Below, one piece after another: positions 38,309 through 47,926 of a stretch of DNA of 64,000 nt. The translations under genes and the position numbers were made by a program. Below the pieces are notes generated by a model. It was given only the letters and a program-made list of their open reading frames with translations. It made no database searches and was not told the origin of the DNA. Within the stretch, counting starts at the first letter, position 1; each line of letters opens with the position of its first letter. The DNA is from an uncultured Alphaproteobacteria bacterium (GTDB taxonomy: Bacteria; Pseudomonadota; Alphaproteobacteria; RF32; CAG-239). The stretch is taken from NCBI GenBank assembly GCA_934254925.1, contig CAKQMD010000004.1, positions 18,664 through 82,663 on the forward strand. The letters are read 5' to 3'.

Positions 38309-40729
38309 ATGAGACTATCAAGAACAGCCATCAGGGTTTTATCGGCACAGTATCGCTCTGTGTTGAAAAAGTGCCTTTTAATCAACCTGGGGGTATTTTT
38401 CTTTGCCGGCGTGGCCGGAGCAAAAGACTTTACGACCGGCGAGACGTTGGACGGTTTTAAGGGGGCGGAAACGTTGAACGTGTCCAACGTTGAGAATGTG
38501 ACCATCAAAAACGTTGACAGTACAGGAGCTGGAATCGAGTTTGTTTTTGACAATGCGCAAAACGTTAAAATCGAAAATTCCGATTTGGAGACGGACGGCG
38601 GAAATGTCAGCATTACCAATACCAAAGATTTTTCATACAGCTGCGTCGGCTGTTATGACGATACGGGTGACAATCCCGAGGAATATTACAGCAAATATAT
38701 GTTGGGCGAGGACGTCAATATTTCTGGAAGTACAATTACCTTGGGCACGGATGACAAGATGGACGATTATGCGCGCATCAGCGCCAATCGGGAATTGAAC
38801 ATTACCAATAAAAGCGAAATTACCATGTATGGAAGTTCGGCCTTGGTGTATGAAGGAACGGAAGCCGACGACGGAACCGGCGTCGTCAGTATTTCGGACA
38901 GCAAGCTGTCCTTATATGATAAGTCAGCCTTATGGGTCGGTGAGCCCGGCTGGTGGCTTGGGCAGGACGAAAACAATGATGCGACGGCGCCACTGTTGGT
39001 TTCTAATTCCGAAATCAGCTTAAATGACGACGCTTCAGTCAATTTTGCCGGCAACGGAGCGGAAACCATCATTCAGAATAATTCCAGTATCACAATGAAC
39101 GATCGTTCTTCCATGAAGCTAAACGACTTGGTATTGAAAGATTCGACAATTACTATCAGCGGTGATGCTGCGACCTCCGACGGAAAAGCAAGACTTGAAG
39201 TCAACAATGTTACTTTGGACAACTCGTCTATTTTGGGTGACAATAACATCGTCGATTTCAGCGGAGAGGTCGATTTTACCGGGCTCTTTGATCCGGCGAC
39301 GGCGAACGTTAAGGGAAATTTGACCCGCGGCGGCTATGACGACGACATTACTTATAATATTACCGGTACACTGACATATACCAATGACAAGTTTTTATAT
39401 GATGCAGAAAAACATGGCAGCGAATATGCGCTTAACAGTCTCAATTTTAAAGGCGGGCAACTGAACATTGTCAATGACGAGGCTTCGGAAATCAAATTAA
39501 CCAAGCTTTCTTTGAACGAAACCTCGACCATTGCCCTGGATGCAGATTTGGAAAACAAGAAGATGGACCGTTTTTCCGCCGATACGGTCGTTGACGGCAG
39601 CGGGAAACTTAATATTTCCAAAATCAACCTCATCTCTGACGCCAAAGACGCAGAGACGGTGATTAACTTTACCCAAAATCAGACCTTGTTGGAGGCGACC
39701 GATTATACCGGCGACACTAACGGTTTAAAAGCCCTCTCCCCGGTTTATACTTATGACGTGGCCTATGACAAAACAAACGGCGATTTTACTTTTACCCGCG
39801 GATCAGGAGCTTCCGTTTCCGACTATAACCCTGCGGTTTATGCCGCGTCGGTGGTCGGACATACGGTCGATTTCCTGCAAACCAATGTTGCCAATGTCGC
39901 TTTTGACAACCTGGCGCAAAATCTCGACGATGGAAAACAAGGATTGGCAAGCGGCGATCTGCCGAAAGCCAATAACGCCTGGGTTTCGGTTATCGGTTTT
40001 GACGACAGCGTCGACTTTGACAAGTTTCAATCGGTTGATTCTGATATGACATCGGTGATCGGCGGTGTATCATCGGACGTTCAGCTCACAGACTTGGGAG
40101 ACGTGACTTATGGCGTCTATGCCGGTTATATGCACGGCGAGATTGAATATGACGGCAACAAGATCAACCAAGACGGTGGGTATATCGGCCTGGGAACGAG
40201 AATCGAAAAAGGCAATGCTGTGGTTCAAGGCGCTGTTAACGGCGGTTTTATCGGTAATGAGGAGAAAAATTCTTTCGGAAAAGATAAATTCGATACCTAT
40301 TGGGCCGGTCTTGCGGTGAAAGGTGGTTATGATTACAAGCTTGACAACGGGGTTACGATTCAGCCGAACGTTTATGCCGGATATACTTTTGTGAACAATG
40401 AAGACTATACCTTAAGGTCCGGCACAAAAATTGAAAACGACAATCTGCATTTGTTTGAAGTTGCGCCGGGGATCAAGCTCAGCAAAGACTTCCAAAACGG
40501 TTGGAACGGCTTTGCCCAAGTTAAATATGCTTTTGTCATGGACAATGGCGGAGACTTGAATGTTGGCGATGCTGTTTTGCCTAACATTAGTGCCGACGAT
40601 TATGTTGAGTACGGCGTCGGCCTTGAGAAAACCCTCAATGACGAATGGGATCTTTCCGCCAGCGTCAACCGCAGAGACGGAGGACGCGAAGGTTGGAACG
40701 GTAGCGTCAATTTCCGGTATAACTTTTAA
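38309..40729 (+). CDS. Autotransporter outer membrane protein, 806 aa
   Basis: Extended signal peptide (MRLSRTAIRVLSAQYRSVLKKCLLINLGVFFFAGVAGA), beta-helix-like passenger, C-terminal beta-barrel ending ...GSVNFRYNF. Confidence 0.8.
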   Translation: MRLSRTAIRVLSAQYRSVLKKCLLINLGVFFFAGVAGAKDFTTGETLDGFKGAETLNVSNVENVTIKNVDSTGAGIEFVFDNAQNVKIENSDLETDGGNVSITNTKDFSYSCVGCYDDTGDNPEEYYSKYMLGEDVNISGSTITLGTDDKMDDYARISANRELNITNKSEITMYGSSALVYEGTEADDGTGVVSISDSKLSLYDKSALWVGEPGWWLGQDENNDATAPLLVSNSEISLNDDASVNFAGNGAETIIQNNSSITMNDRSSMKLNDLVLKDSTITISGDAATSDGKARLEVNNVTLDNSSILGDNNIVDFSGEVDFTGLFDPATANVKGNLTRGGYDDDITYNITGTLTYTNDKFLYDAEKHGSEYALNSLNFKGGQLNIVNDEASEIKLTKLSLNETSTIALDADLENKKMDRFSADTVVDGSGKLNISKINLISDAKDAETVINFTQNQTLLEATDYTGDTNGLKALSPVYTYDVAYDKTNGDFTFTRGSGASVSDYNPAVYAASVVGHTVDFLQTNVANVAFDNLAQNLDDGKQGLASGDLPKANNAWVSVIGFDDSVDFDKFQSVDSDMTSVIGGVSSDVQLTDLGDVTYGVYAGYMHGEIEYDGNKINQDGGYIGLGTRIEKGNAVVQGAVNGGFIGNEEKNSFGKDKFDTYWAGLAVKGGYDYKLDNGVTIQPNVYAGYTFVNNEDYTLRSGTKIENDNLHLFEVAPGIKLSKDFQNGWNGFAQVKYAFVMDNGGDLNVGDAVLPNISADDYVEYGVGLEKTLNDEWDLSASVNRRDGGREGWNGSVNFRYNF

Positions 40730-40896
40730 CTTCTGAGTTGAGCCTGAAGGACTTCGTGCCCAAGCATGGAGTCCTTTTTTGTGCTAAGACTTTAAAAATC
40801 GGCGATCAAGGCGATAATTTTAAGACAATATTAAGGCCTTAGTCCTTATAATTTGATAAAAAAATAATTTCAGGATTTCAGTAAGGACGACAAGAA

Positions 40897-41667
40897 ATGG
40901 AAAAAAGTACTTTGATCGGTGTGGTCGGCGGCGTGGCAGCCGTCGGTATCGGTATGGCCTTAAAGGGAGCTGACCCGCATGCTTTGATTAATCCGGCGGC
41001 GTTTTTGATTATTATTGCCGGAACGGCCGCCGCTATTTTTAATGCTTTTCCAATGGTAGAACTTAAAAAGTTTCCCAAGCTTTGCGGTATTCTTTTCGGC
41101 GGACAGAAGCTTATGTCAAAACAAGAAGTTTTGGAATTGTTTGTTGCCGTGGCCAAGTCTTCCAAACAAGAAGGTGTGATGGCCATCGAACGTAAGGCCA
41201 ACGAGATTGAAGATCCTTTTACCAAAACCAGTTTGACGCTGGTGGCCGACGGATTCAGCGCCGATTTTATCTCCGAAGTTTTGGAGGGCGAAATCAAGCA
41301 GCTGGAAGGTCGGCATCAGAGCGGCGCGTTGATTTTCTCTCAATGCGGCATGTATGCGCCGACGCTTGGCGTTCTCGGCGCGGTGATCGGACTGATTGCG
41401 GCTTTGGGCAATCTTTCGGACATTAATATGCTGGGACACTCGATTGCTGCTGCTTTCGTAGCAACGCTTTTGGGTATTTTTACCGGATATGTCATCTGGC
41501 ACCCTTTTGCCAACAAGTTGAAGCAATATTCCAAGCAGGAAGTCGAACTGAAAAAAATGATCATGGAAGGTGCTTTGGCTCTGCAAAGCGGCGCCTCCTC
41601 CATTGCCATGGAGGCCAGACTGCAATCTTTTATTCCGATTTCGCAACGTAAATCTTTGAGAGACTAA
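40897..41667 (+). CDS. motA: Flagellar stator protein MotA/PomA family
   Basis: Colinear with B. subtilis MotA: ...YAPTLGVLGAVIGLIAAL...HSIAAAFVATLLGIFTGYVIWHPFANKLK. Confidence 0.85.
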   Translation: MEKSTLIGVVGGVAAVGIGMALKGADPHALINPAAFLIIIAGTAAAIFNAFPMVELKKFPKLCGILFGGQKLMSKQEVLELFVAVAKSSKQEGVMAIERKANEIEDPFTKTSLTLVADGFSADFISEVLEGEIKQLEGRHQSGALIFSQCGMYAPTLGVLGAVIGLIAALGNLSDINMLGHSIAAAFVATLLGIFTGYVIWHPFANKLKQYSKQEVELKKMIMEGALALQSGASSIAMEARLQSFIPISQRKSLRD

Positions 41668-41669
41668 GC

Positions 41670-42329
41670 ATGGCACGCAAGAAAAATCATGAGGAACTGC
41701 ACGAAGAGCATGCCGACGAGACTTGGCTTATTCCCTATTCCGATCTGCTAACCCTGCTGTTGGCCTTGTTTATTGTGTTGTTTGCCTCTTCCAGTTTGGA
41801 CAAGGCTAAGCAGGCTGCCATGGAACAGGCTTTTATGGAAGCTTTTAACGGTCTGCCTCCGGATCAGATGGGGGGAACGTTAATCAGTTTTATGAAGGAT
41901 GCCAAAGGTTTGGATTTGTCGGATCAGATCGGGCTTGGAAGCGACAGCCAAGGTGCGGTTTTTGATTTGGCAGACGCCGCTTTGTTCGACCCGGGAAGCG
42001 ACAAGCTTTCTGCTAAGGCTGTTCCTGCATTGCGCAGTATTGCCGGTTTGTTGAAAAGCGATCGTTATGCGCGGTTCCGTGTCGAAGTGGAAGGTCATAC
42101 CGACGATAACGAGACGTCGCCGCAATATGCGTCGCGACGTGCCTTGTCAGCCGCCAGAGCTTCTACTGTAACGGATGTTCTGGTACGGGCTGGTGTTGAC
42201 GAAGCAAGGATCAAAACCGTCGGCATGGCGGATATTTCTCCGGCTTACGCCAATCTGAACGCTTATGGCGAGCCGATCCCCGAAAATCGTCGCCGCAATC
42301 GCCGGGTGATAATCCGCGTCGTGCCTTAA
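41670..42329 (+). CDS. motB: Flagellar stator protein MotB (OmpA-like peptidoglycan-binding)
   Basis: N-terminal TM with WLIPYSDLLTLLLALFIVLFA; C-terminal OmpA-like EGHTDDNETSPQYASRRALSAARA...NRRVII. Confidence 0.85.
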   Translation: MARKKNHEELHEEHADETWLIPYSDLLTLLLALFIVLFASSSLDKAKQAAMEQAFMEAFNGLPPDQMGGTLISFMKDAKGLDLSDQIGLGSDSQGAVFDLADAALFDPGSDKLSAKAVPALRSIAGLLKSDRYARFRVEVEGHTDDNETSPQYASRRALSAARASTVTDVLVRAGVDEARIKTVGMADISPAYANLNAYGEPIPENRRRNRRVIIRVVP

Positions 42330-42348
42330 CAACAGAGAAGATATTGAG

Positions 42349-43185
42349 ATGTTATTGCAAAGAGATCGGGAATTCTTGCACGCGGCGTTTCAAAAATGTT
42401 ATGATTTGGTCAAAGACAGCGATTTTCATCGTCGCTTTGCCGAAGAAAAAATCAGACACTCTCTGCAGGTTTTCGGTGCCGGGAATTACATCATTAAAAA
42501 CGAGCCTTCGTTAAACCATCGTGACGAAGGCTTTTTGAAAAAAGCACGGCAGGCCGTTTTGTTGCACGATGTCGGGCGTTTTGCCGAGATTTTGAATTTG
42601 TATCGGCACCCGGAAAAAAGACAAAGCGATCCCCTGCTCTTTGATCATGGTTTGCTCGGAGCGGAAATCTTAGAGAAAAATCGTTTTTATCAAAGTCCCA
42701 GCATCGTTTTAAGCGTCAGACATCATGGGCATTTGGCGGAAGAATTTTATCATGATCCGGATTATCGGGCGATAATCGATTCGCAAGAGAGACAAGAAAC
42801 GGAAGAGATTTGGAAACTGGTGCGCGATGCCGATAAAATTGCCAATTTGTATCTGATCGTTCGAGAATACCGTTTTTTGCACGACCTGTTTTTCAGCGGT
42901 CTCAGTTCGGAGGAAAAGTCTGCGCCGATTTCTCCCGAAATTTGGCAGGACTTTATGGACTGCCGCATCATCGATTGGAAAAAGATCCGCTCCTTAAAAG
43001 ATCGGATTTTACAGATCATCGCTTTTAATTTTGAGTTGTATTTTCCAGCTTCTGATCGTTTTATGGAACGGTTGCAAATCAATCGGAGACTGTTGCAGAT
43101 TTTTTCAGGATATGAAAAAGATAAAAAAATACTGGAAAAAGTCAGTCAGTGTTTATATGATTACATTGAGTCAAAACATCAATAA
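42349..43185 (+). CDS. HD-domain phosphohydrolase
   Basis: H...HD...H...H...D metal-binding residues (RHSLQV, LLHDVGR, FDHG, VRHHG, RDADK). Confidence 0.7.
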   Translation: MLLQRDREFLHAAFQKCYDLVKDSDFHRRFAEEKIRHSLQVFGAGNYIIKNEPSLNHRDEGFLKKARQAVLLHDVGRFAEILNLYRHPEKRQSDPLLFDHGLLGAEILEKNRFYQSPSIVLSVRHHGHLAEEFYHDPDYRAIIDSQERQETEEIWKLVRDADKIANLYLIVREYRFLHDLFFSGLSSEEKSAPISPEIWQDFMDCRIIDWKKIRSLKDRILQIIAFNFELYFPASDRFMERLQINRRLLQIFSGYEKDKKILEKVSQCLYDYIESKHQ

Positions 43186-43201
43186 ACGGAAGGATATGAA
43201 A

Positions 43202-43972
43202 ATGAAAAAATATATATTTCTGGGCATTTTGCTGATTATTGCCGGCGGTGTCTATTACTTCATGAACTCCTATGAAGCGATTGTGAAGAATCTGGTTCAC
43301 AAATACGGCAGCGAAGTTACAGGAACGGATGTCAGTCTGCAGGGATTCAAGTTGTCTTTGACTAACGGAGAAGGCACGATCAAAGGCATCAGCGTCGGAA
43401 ATCCCAAGGGATATAAGTCTCCCAACCTGTTTGAACTCGGAGAAATCTCGGTCAAAGTTAACCTCAAAAGCCTGACCAGTGACACGATCGTCATTGATCA
43501 TGTTATCATCAAAAAACCGGTTATCACTTATGAAATGTTGTCTTTGACTCAAAACAACATTAAAGAAATCCAAAACAACATCAACAACTACATGGCAAAA
43601 TCCGCCAAAGACAGCAAAACTGAAAAAGCCGCGGAAGCCAAAGAAGTTAAAGAAGAAGGCGGCAAGAAAGTGGTGATTAAGAAGCTGCATGTCGAAGGCG
43701 GCGAACTGGCGGCCATTACTGCGGTGACCGAAGTGAAAGTTCCTCTGCCGGCCATGGACATCAACGGCATCGGCGAAAACAAGGGCAAGGCCGAGGGAAC
43801 GACAGTTGCCGGTGCAATTTCCAAAATTTTCAGCACGATTTTGACAACTGCGCAGAAGACCGTGGTAAAGAACAATCTTTCCGATCTTAAAAACGTAGCC
43901 AAAGAAAATCTTGACAATGTTGTCGGCGGCGTTAAGGACCGGGTTAAGTCGATCGGCATTTTCGGAAAATAA
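43202..43972 (+). CDS. Hypothetical membrane-anchored protein, Lys/Glu-rich
   Basis: ATG 43202 (AGGA 7 nt upstream), N-terminal TM IFLGILLIIAGGVYYF, 256 aa. Confidence 0.5.
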   Translation: MKKYIFLGILLIIAGGVYYFMNSYEAIVKNLVHKYGSEVTGTDVSLQGFKLSLTNGEGTIKGISVGNPKGYKSPNLFELGEISVKVNLKSLTSDTIVIDHVIIKKPVITYEMLSLTQNNIKEIQNNINNYMAKSAKDSKTEKAAEAKEVKEEGGKKVVIKKLHVEGGELAAITAVTEVKVPLPAMDINGIGENKGKAEGTTVAGAISKIFSTILTTAQKTVVKNNLSDLKNVAKENLDNVVGGVKDRVKSIGIFGK

Positions 43973-43980
43973 GCCATATA

Positions 43981-44010
43981 AAAAACCGCCTCAAAACGAG
44001 GCGGTTTTTT
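43981..44010. terminator. Bidirectional rho-independent terminator
   Basis: AAAACCGCCTC-AAAAC-GAGGCGGTTTTTTT between convergent genes. Confidence 0.7.
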
Positions 44011-44026
44011 TATCTTTCGGCGTTGT

Positions 44027-44950
44027 TTATTCGTCCCAAATATTGGCCAGTGTGTAGCCGCTGTCCTGAATGGCAAACGTTTCGCCGGTGACGGTGCGGT
44101 GATGTTGGTCCAGTTTGGCGATTGCAGCCATGTCGGCTTCATCCAACTCAATGTTTTGAGCGGCGAAATTTTCTTTTATGCGATCGGTGTGTACGGATTT
44201 GGGAATTACGATCACGCCACGCTGCATTAACCAAGCCAAAATGACCTGTGCCGGGGTTGCCTTAATCCGTTCGGCAATTTCTTTGACGACGGGATTTTCG
44301 GTCATGGTAGCACCGTTTGATCCCAATGGAGAATAAGCCGTGACAGCAACCATGTTTTTCTGACAGAAAGAGATCAAATCGTTTTGTTGGAGAAGCGGAT
44401 TGACTTCAACTTGATTGACCATCGGCGCAATCTCTGCCGCGTCGATCAGATCTTGCAGCTTTTTGGTACTGAAATTGGAAACGCCGAGGGCTTTGACCAA
44501 TCCCTGATTATAGGCTTTTTCCATCTCGGCCCAGGTCAAGTCTATGGGCATCTGTTCCAGAGGAATCAAATCCTCCTTTTTCTCGGGAAAAGTTGACCCT
44601 TTCTTTTGGGCAACCGGCCAATGAACGAGATAGAGGTCCAGATAGTCCAGCTGAAGGTCTTTCAATGTTTTGCGCAAGGCAGGAAGGACGTCTTCCGGAG
44701 CATGGGAATCGTTCCACAATTTTGACGTAACAAAAATTTCTTCCCGACGGACGTCTCCTTCTTTTATGGCGTCGGCTATGGCCTGCCCGATTTCGGCTTC
44801 GTTGCCGTATATCGAAGCGCAGTCGATATGTTTATATCCGATCTTGAAAGCCCAGCGTACGGCCTGATATACTTCTCCGGGAGAAGAACGCCAGGTTCCC
44901 AATCCCATAATCGGCATCTTTTTATCGTTATTTAGCACAATTTCCTTCAT
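44027..44950 (-). CDS. Aldo/keto reductase
   Basis: MPIMGLGTWRSSPGEVYQAVRWAFKIGYKHIDCASIYGNE and other AKR signatures. Confidence 0.85.
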   Translation of the reverse strand: MKEIVLNNDKKMPIMGLGTWRSSPGEVYQAVRWAFKIGYKHIDCASIYGNEAEIGQAIADAIKEGDVRREEIFVTSKLWNDSHAPEDVLPALRKTLKDLQLDYLDLYLVHWPVAQKKGSTFPEKKEDLIPLEQMPIDLTWAEMEKAYNQGLVKALGVSNFSTKKLQDLIDAAEIAPMVNQVEVNPLLQQNDLISFCQKNMVAVTAYSPLGSNGATMTENPVVKEIAERIKATPAQVILAWLMQRGVIVIPKSVHTDRIKENFAAQNIELDEADMAAIAKLDQHHRTVTGETFAIQDSGYTLANIWDE

Positions 44951-45095
44951 ATTTTTTCTCCGTTGGATGATGAAACTGCTTTATATATAGTTGTTGAATC
45001 GAAAGCTTAAAGATGTGAACAAAAAGTAATTATTCCTTAAAAAAGCTATTGACTAGAGGCTAATCTTACGTTAAATATTACCCGGTAACCACAAT

Positions 45096-45183
45096 GGAGA
45101 GTTGGCAGAGTGGTAATGCAGCGGATTGCTAATCCGTCATCGTGAATAACGATGCACAGGTTCGAGTCCTGTACTCTCCGCCA
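45096..45183 (+). tRNA. tRNA-Ser (anticodon GCT)
   Basis: Class II tRNA with a long variable arm, acceptor GGAGAGT/ACTCTCC, anticodon loop TTGCTAA, CCA encoded. Confidence 0.8.
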
Positions 45184-45197
45184 GTTATGGTTGCAAG

Positions 45198-45222
45198 AGC
45201 CCCTGAACGGGGCTTTTTTTTA
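45198..45222 (+). terminator. Rho-independent terminator after tRNA-Ser(GCT)
   Basis: AGCCCC-TGAAC-GGGGCT followed by T8. Confidence 0.65.
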
Positions 45223-45317
45223 TTTCCGCACAATATTTCTTTCTTGACAATAAAAATAAATTGCATAGATTGATCCGGCTTATGATTTTTATGTTTTATT
45301 TTTTAATATTATTATAT

Positions 45318-45821
45318 ATGAACACTGAAATTGCAAAGAAAACAAAAGCTTTGAAAAAACGCTTTGTCGAAGAACTCGGAAAACATTGGAGGATTAAATT
45401 CGACAAGAAAGCGGAGGAAATGTCTTTTGACGAGATTTTTAGGAAGATTCCCCTCTCCGAGGCGGCCATTACTTATTTATTGCAATGCTCCTTTATTTCT
45501 CCCGGAGAATTTACGCTTCAGGAAAAGGAAGAGCTCAGAAAGACAAAGTATCCTCTTGCTCTGAAAGCCGCTTATCGTCTGGAGACGACCAATTTGGCGG
45601 CGGCAACCGAGATTCCCACCGTTAAATATTTGGAAGACGGATCAACCATCGGCTATGTCTTGCATCGTAACGTGTTGCAGGTTCCTTTCCTGGATCTTTT
45701 TATCATTGATCCCGAAGGAGCGGAACAATACCCTGACGACATCTTGTTTTGTGACGCTTCCAATGCAATTTTTGCCGACATTCATCTGGTCAAGAAATTG
45801 CCGGAATATTTTAAAAGTTAA
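45318..45821 (+). CDS. Hypothetical protein (ORFan-like) in an AT-rich segment downstream of tRNA-Ser(GCT)
   Basis: ORF MNTEIAKKTKALKK..., no recognisable motif; upstream region is very AT-rich. Confidence 0.45.
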   Translation: MNTEIAKKTKALKKRFVEELGKHWRIKFDKKAEEMSFDEIFRKIPLSEAAITYLLQCSFISPGEFTLQEKEELRKTKYPLALKAAYRLETTNLAAATEIPTVKYLEDGSTIGYVLHRNVLQVPFLDLFIIDPEGAEQYPDDILFCDASNAIFADIHLVKKLPEYFKS

Positions 45822-45856
45822 AAAAAGGCCCCTTTTAGGGGCTTTTGCTTTAGGTG

Positions 45857-46636
45857 TTACCCACCCATGACCAAATCAATATAGGTCATGAAGATGAACC
45901 CCAGAAAAACGGCAAAAGCCGCAACTTGGGTTTTCTTCGTGCCATAGGTTTCCGGTAAAATTTCATTAATGACGACAAAAAGCAGTGTACCGCCGGCCAT
46001 GGCCATCCCGAGGGGAACGATTTTGTCGCTGAGTTCCATAGTCAGCAGCCCGATGACCGCGCCGACCGGCTGCATCATGCCGATAGCCAAAGCCGTTAAT
46101 GCCGCTTTGATTTTGGATGTGCGGGCCGCTACCAAAGAAATGGCAATGGTTAATCCTTCCGGGATATTGTGGACGGCAATACCGATCACCAGACTATCGG
46201 GATTCATGAAGTCCTCGGCACTGTATGCCACGCCGATGGCCAGGCCTTCCGGCAGTTTGTGCAAGGTAATGGCAATGATGAAAAGCCAAGCGGTCCTTAA
46301 GCTGAAACGCAGGCCGTGGTGTCCCATGTTGTTGTGTTCATGCGGTAGGAGGTCGTTTAGGAGCCAAATCAGGGCAACACCGGCAAAAACTGCGCCGACA
46401 TACCAAAATCCGGCTACGTGGATGTCAGGATCAAAGGTCGAAATTTTGGCCATGGCCGGGCACAACAGCGAGAAAAACGAGGCTGCCAGCATGACGCCCG
46501 CCGCCAAGTTAAGCATAAAATTGATATTTTTCTGCGTGTAGTGCTTTTTCAAAAAAATCATGAATCCGCCGACGCCGGTGATCAGTCCGGCAATCAACGA
46601 GGCCAGCAGCCCCTGCATAAAAACGTCCGTCATCAT
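45857..46636 (-). CDS. zupT: ZIP-family zinc transporter
   Basis: HNIPEGLAIGVAY and HNIPEGLTIAISL ZIP signature repeats. Confidence 0.85.
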   Translation of the reverse strand: MMTDVFMQGLLASLIAGLITGVGGFMIFLKKHYTQKNINFMLNLAAGVMLAASFFSLLCPAMAKISTFDPDIHVAGFWYVGAVFAGVALIWLLNDLLPHEHNNMGHHGLRFSLRTAWLFIIAITLHKLPEGLAIGVAYSAEDFMNPDSLVIGIAVHNIPEGLTIAISLVAARTSKIKAALTALAIGMMQPVGAVIGLLTMELSDKIVPLGMAMAGGTLLFVVINEILPETYGTKKTQVAAFAVFLGFIFMTYIDLVMGG

Positions 46637-46700
46637 CTACCCTTTGTTATTGACATTGGCTGCACTCTAGCGCGGATTTTTTCAGATGGCAACAGTAATC

Positions 46701-47861
46701 TTACATGATGGCGTCGCGGATAACGCAGGCGGCATCTTCCCTGGTCAATGATACGGGATCAAGTTTGTATAAGAAACCCATGGCTTCAAAGGAATTTGCG
46801 GCCAGTTTTTCGGCCTCGTCCTTAGCAATACCCCAGTCTGAAAGCTTTAAGCCGCCAAGGCCGATTGCGTTTATCAGTTTTTGCAACGCTTGTACAAACA
46901 GATGCGGATCATTGCCCGTCTCGCCCATGGCATGGGCCATGTCCAGATAGCGGACGGAAACCTGCTCGGGAGACTTTTTGAGCAGATAGCTGAAATAAGG
47001 CACCGACAAAGCCACCAGACCGGCACCGTGCGGCAGATCAGGGTAAAAGGCGGACAAGGCATGCTCCATGGAATGTTCGGAAATGCAGCTGGAAATGCTT
47101 TCGACCATTCCGGCCTGCGTGCTGGCCCAGGACAATTCTTCACGGGCTTGCAGATTGCTTCCGTCGGCAACGGCCAGCGGCAGAAAACGGCTAATGCGCC
47201 GAATCGAGTTCAAGGCATAGAGGTCGCTGATCGGCTGAGCAATATTGGCCAGGTAGCCTTCCGCAGAGTGGAAAAAGGCGTCCATTCCCTGATAGGCTGT
47301 CAGACGAGCGGGAACGGAGAGTGTCAGTTCAGGGTCGACAATGGCTATTTTGGGAAAGGTTTGCGGCAAGCCAAAACCGATTTTTTCATTGCTGTCGGGA
47401 TTGGTGATAACTGTCCAGGGATCAGCTTCGGTACCGGTTCCCGCCGTGGTGGGAATGGCAACAATCGGCAGCACGTCTTCGCTGACGCGGCGTTTCCCTT
47501 TGACATAGTCCCAATAAGTTCCGGCATTGCGGACCATGACGGCGATTGATTTGGCCGAATCTATTGCACTGCCGCCGCCGAGACCGATGACGCAATCGCA
47601 ATTTTCGTTACGAGCCAGTTCCGCCGCTTCCATGACATGATAAGAAACGGGATTAGGCATGACCTTGTCAAATACGACGAATTCGATACCCTTTTCTTTC
47701 AGCAAGGCGGTAACCCGATCCAGATAACCGAGATGACGCATGGATTTGCCGTTGGTAATAACGATCAAAGCCTTTTTGGATGAAAAATCCAGCTTGGAGA
47801 GTTCCTGAAGACAGCCGCGGCCAAAAATGACGCGGGTGGGCATAAAATATTCAAAATGCAT
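46701..47861 (-). CDS. Iron-containing alcohol dehydrogenase
   Basis: Fe-ADH signatures (GGGSAIDSAK, metal-binding His cluster). ATG 47861 preceded by AAGGA. Confidence 0.85.
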   Translation of the reverse strand: MHFEYFMPTRVIFGRGCLQELSKLDFSSKKALIVITNGKSMRHLGYLDRVTALLKEKGIEFVVFDKVMPNPVSYHVMEAAELARNENCDCVIGLGGGSAIDSAKSIAVMVRNAGTYWDYVKGKRRVSEDVLPIVAIPTTAGTGTEADPWTVITNPDSNEKIGFGLPQTFPKIAIVDPELTLSVPARLTAYQGMDAFFHSAEGYLANIAQPISDLYALNSIRRISRFLPLAVADGSNLQAREELSWASTQAGMVESISSCISEHSMEHALSAFYPDLPHGAGLVALSVPYFSYLLKKSPEQVSVRYLDMAHAMGETGNDPHLFVQALQKLINAIGLGGLKLSDWGIAKDEAEKLAANSFEAMGFLYKLDPVSLTREDAACVIRDAIM

Positions 47862-47926
47862 GGCTTTATCCTTTATTGTGAGAACCTGCCCTTTATATAA
47901 ACCTTTCCGCTGCGGCTTCAAGCCTT

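Noticed and set aside
40897-42329. Possibility that MotA/MotB are ZorAB of a Zorya anti-phage system
   Set aside because: ZorA proteins carry a long C-terminal tail and run to about 700 aa. This MotA is 256 aa and colinear with B. subtilis MotA. No zorC/D/E-like genes follow; the neighbours are an HD hydrolase and a membrane protein.
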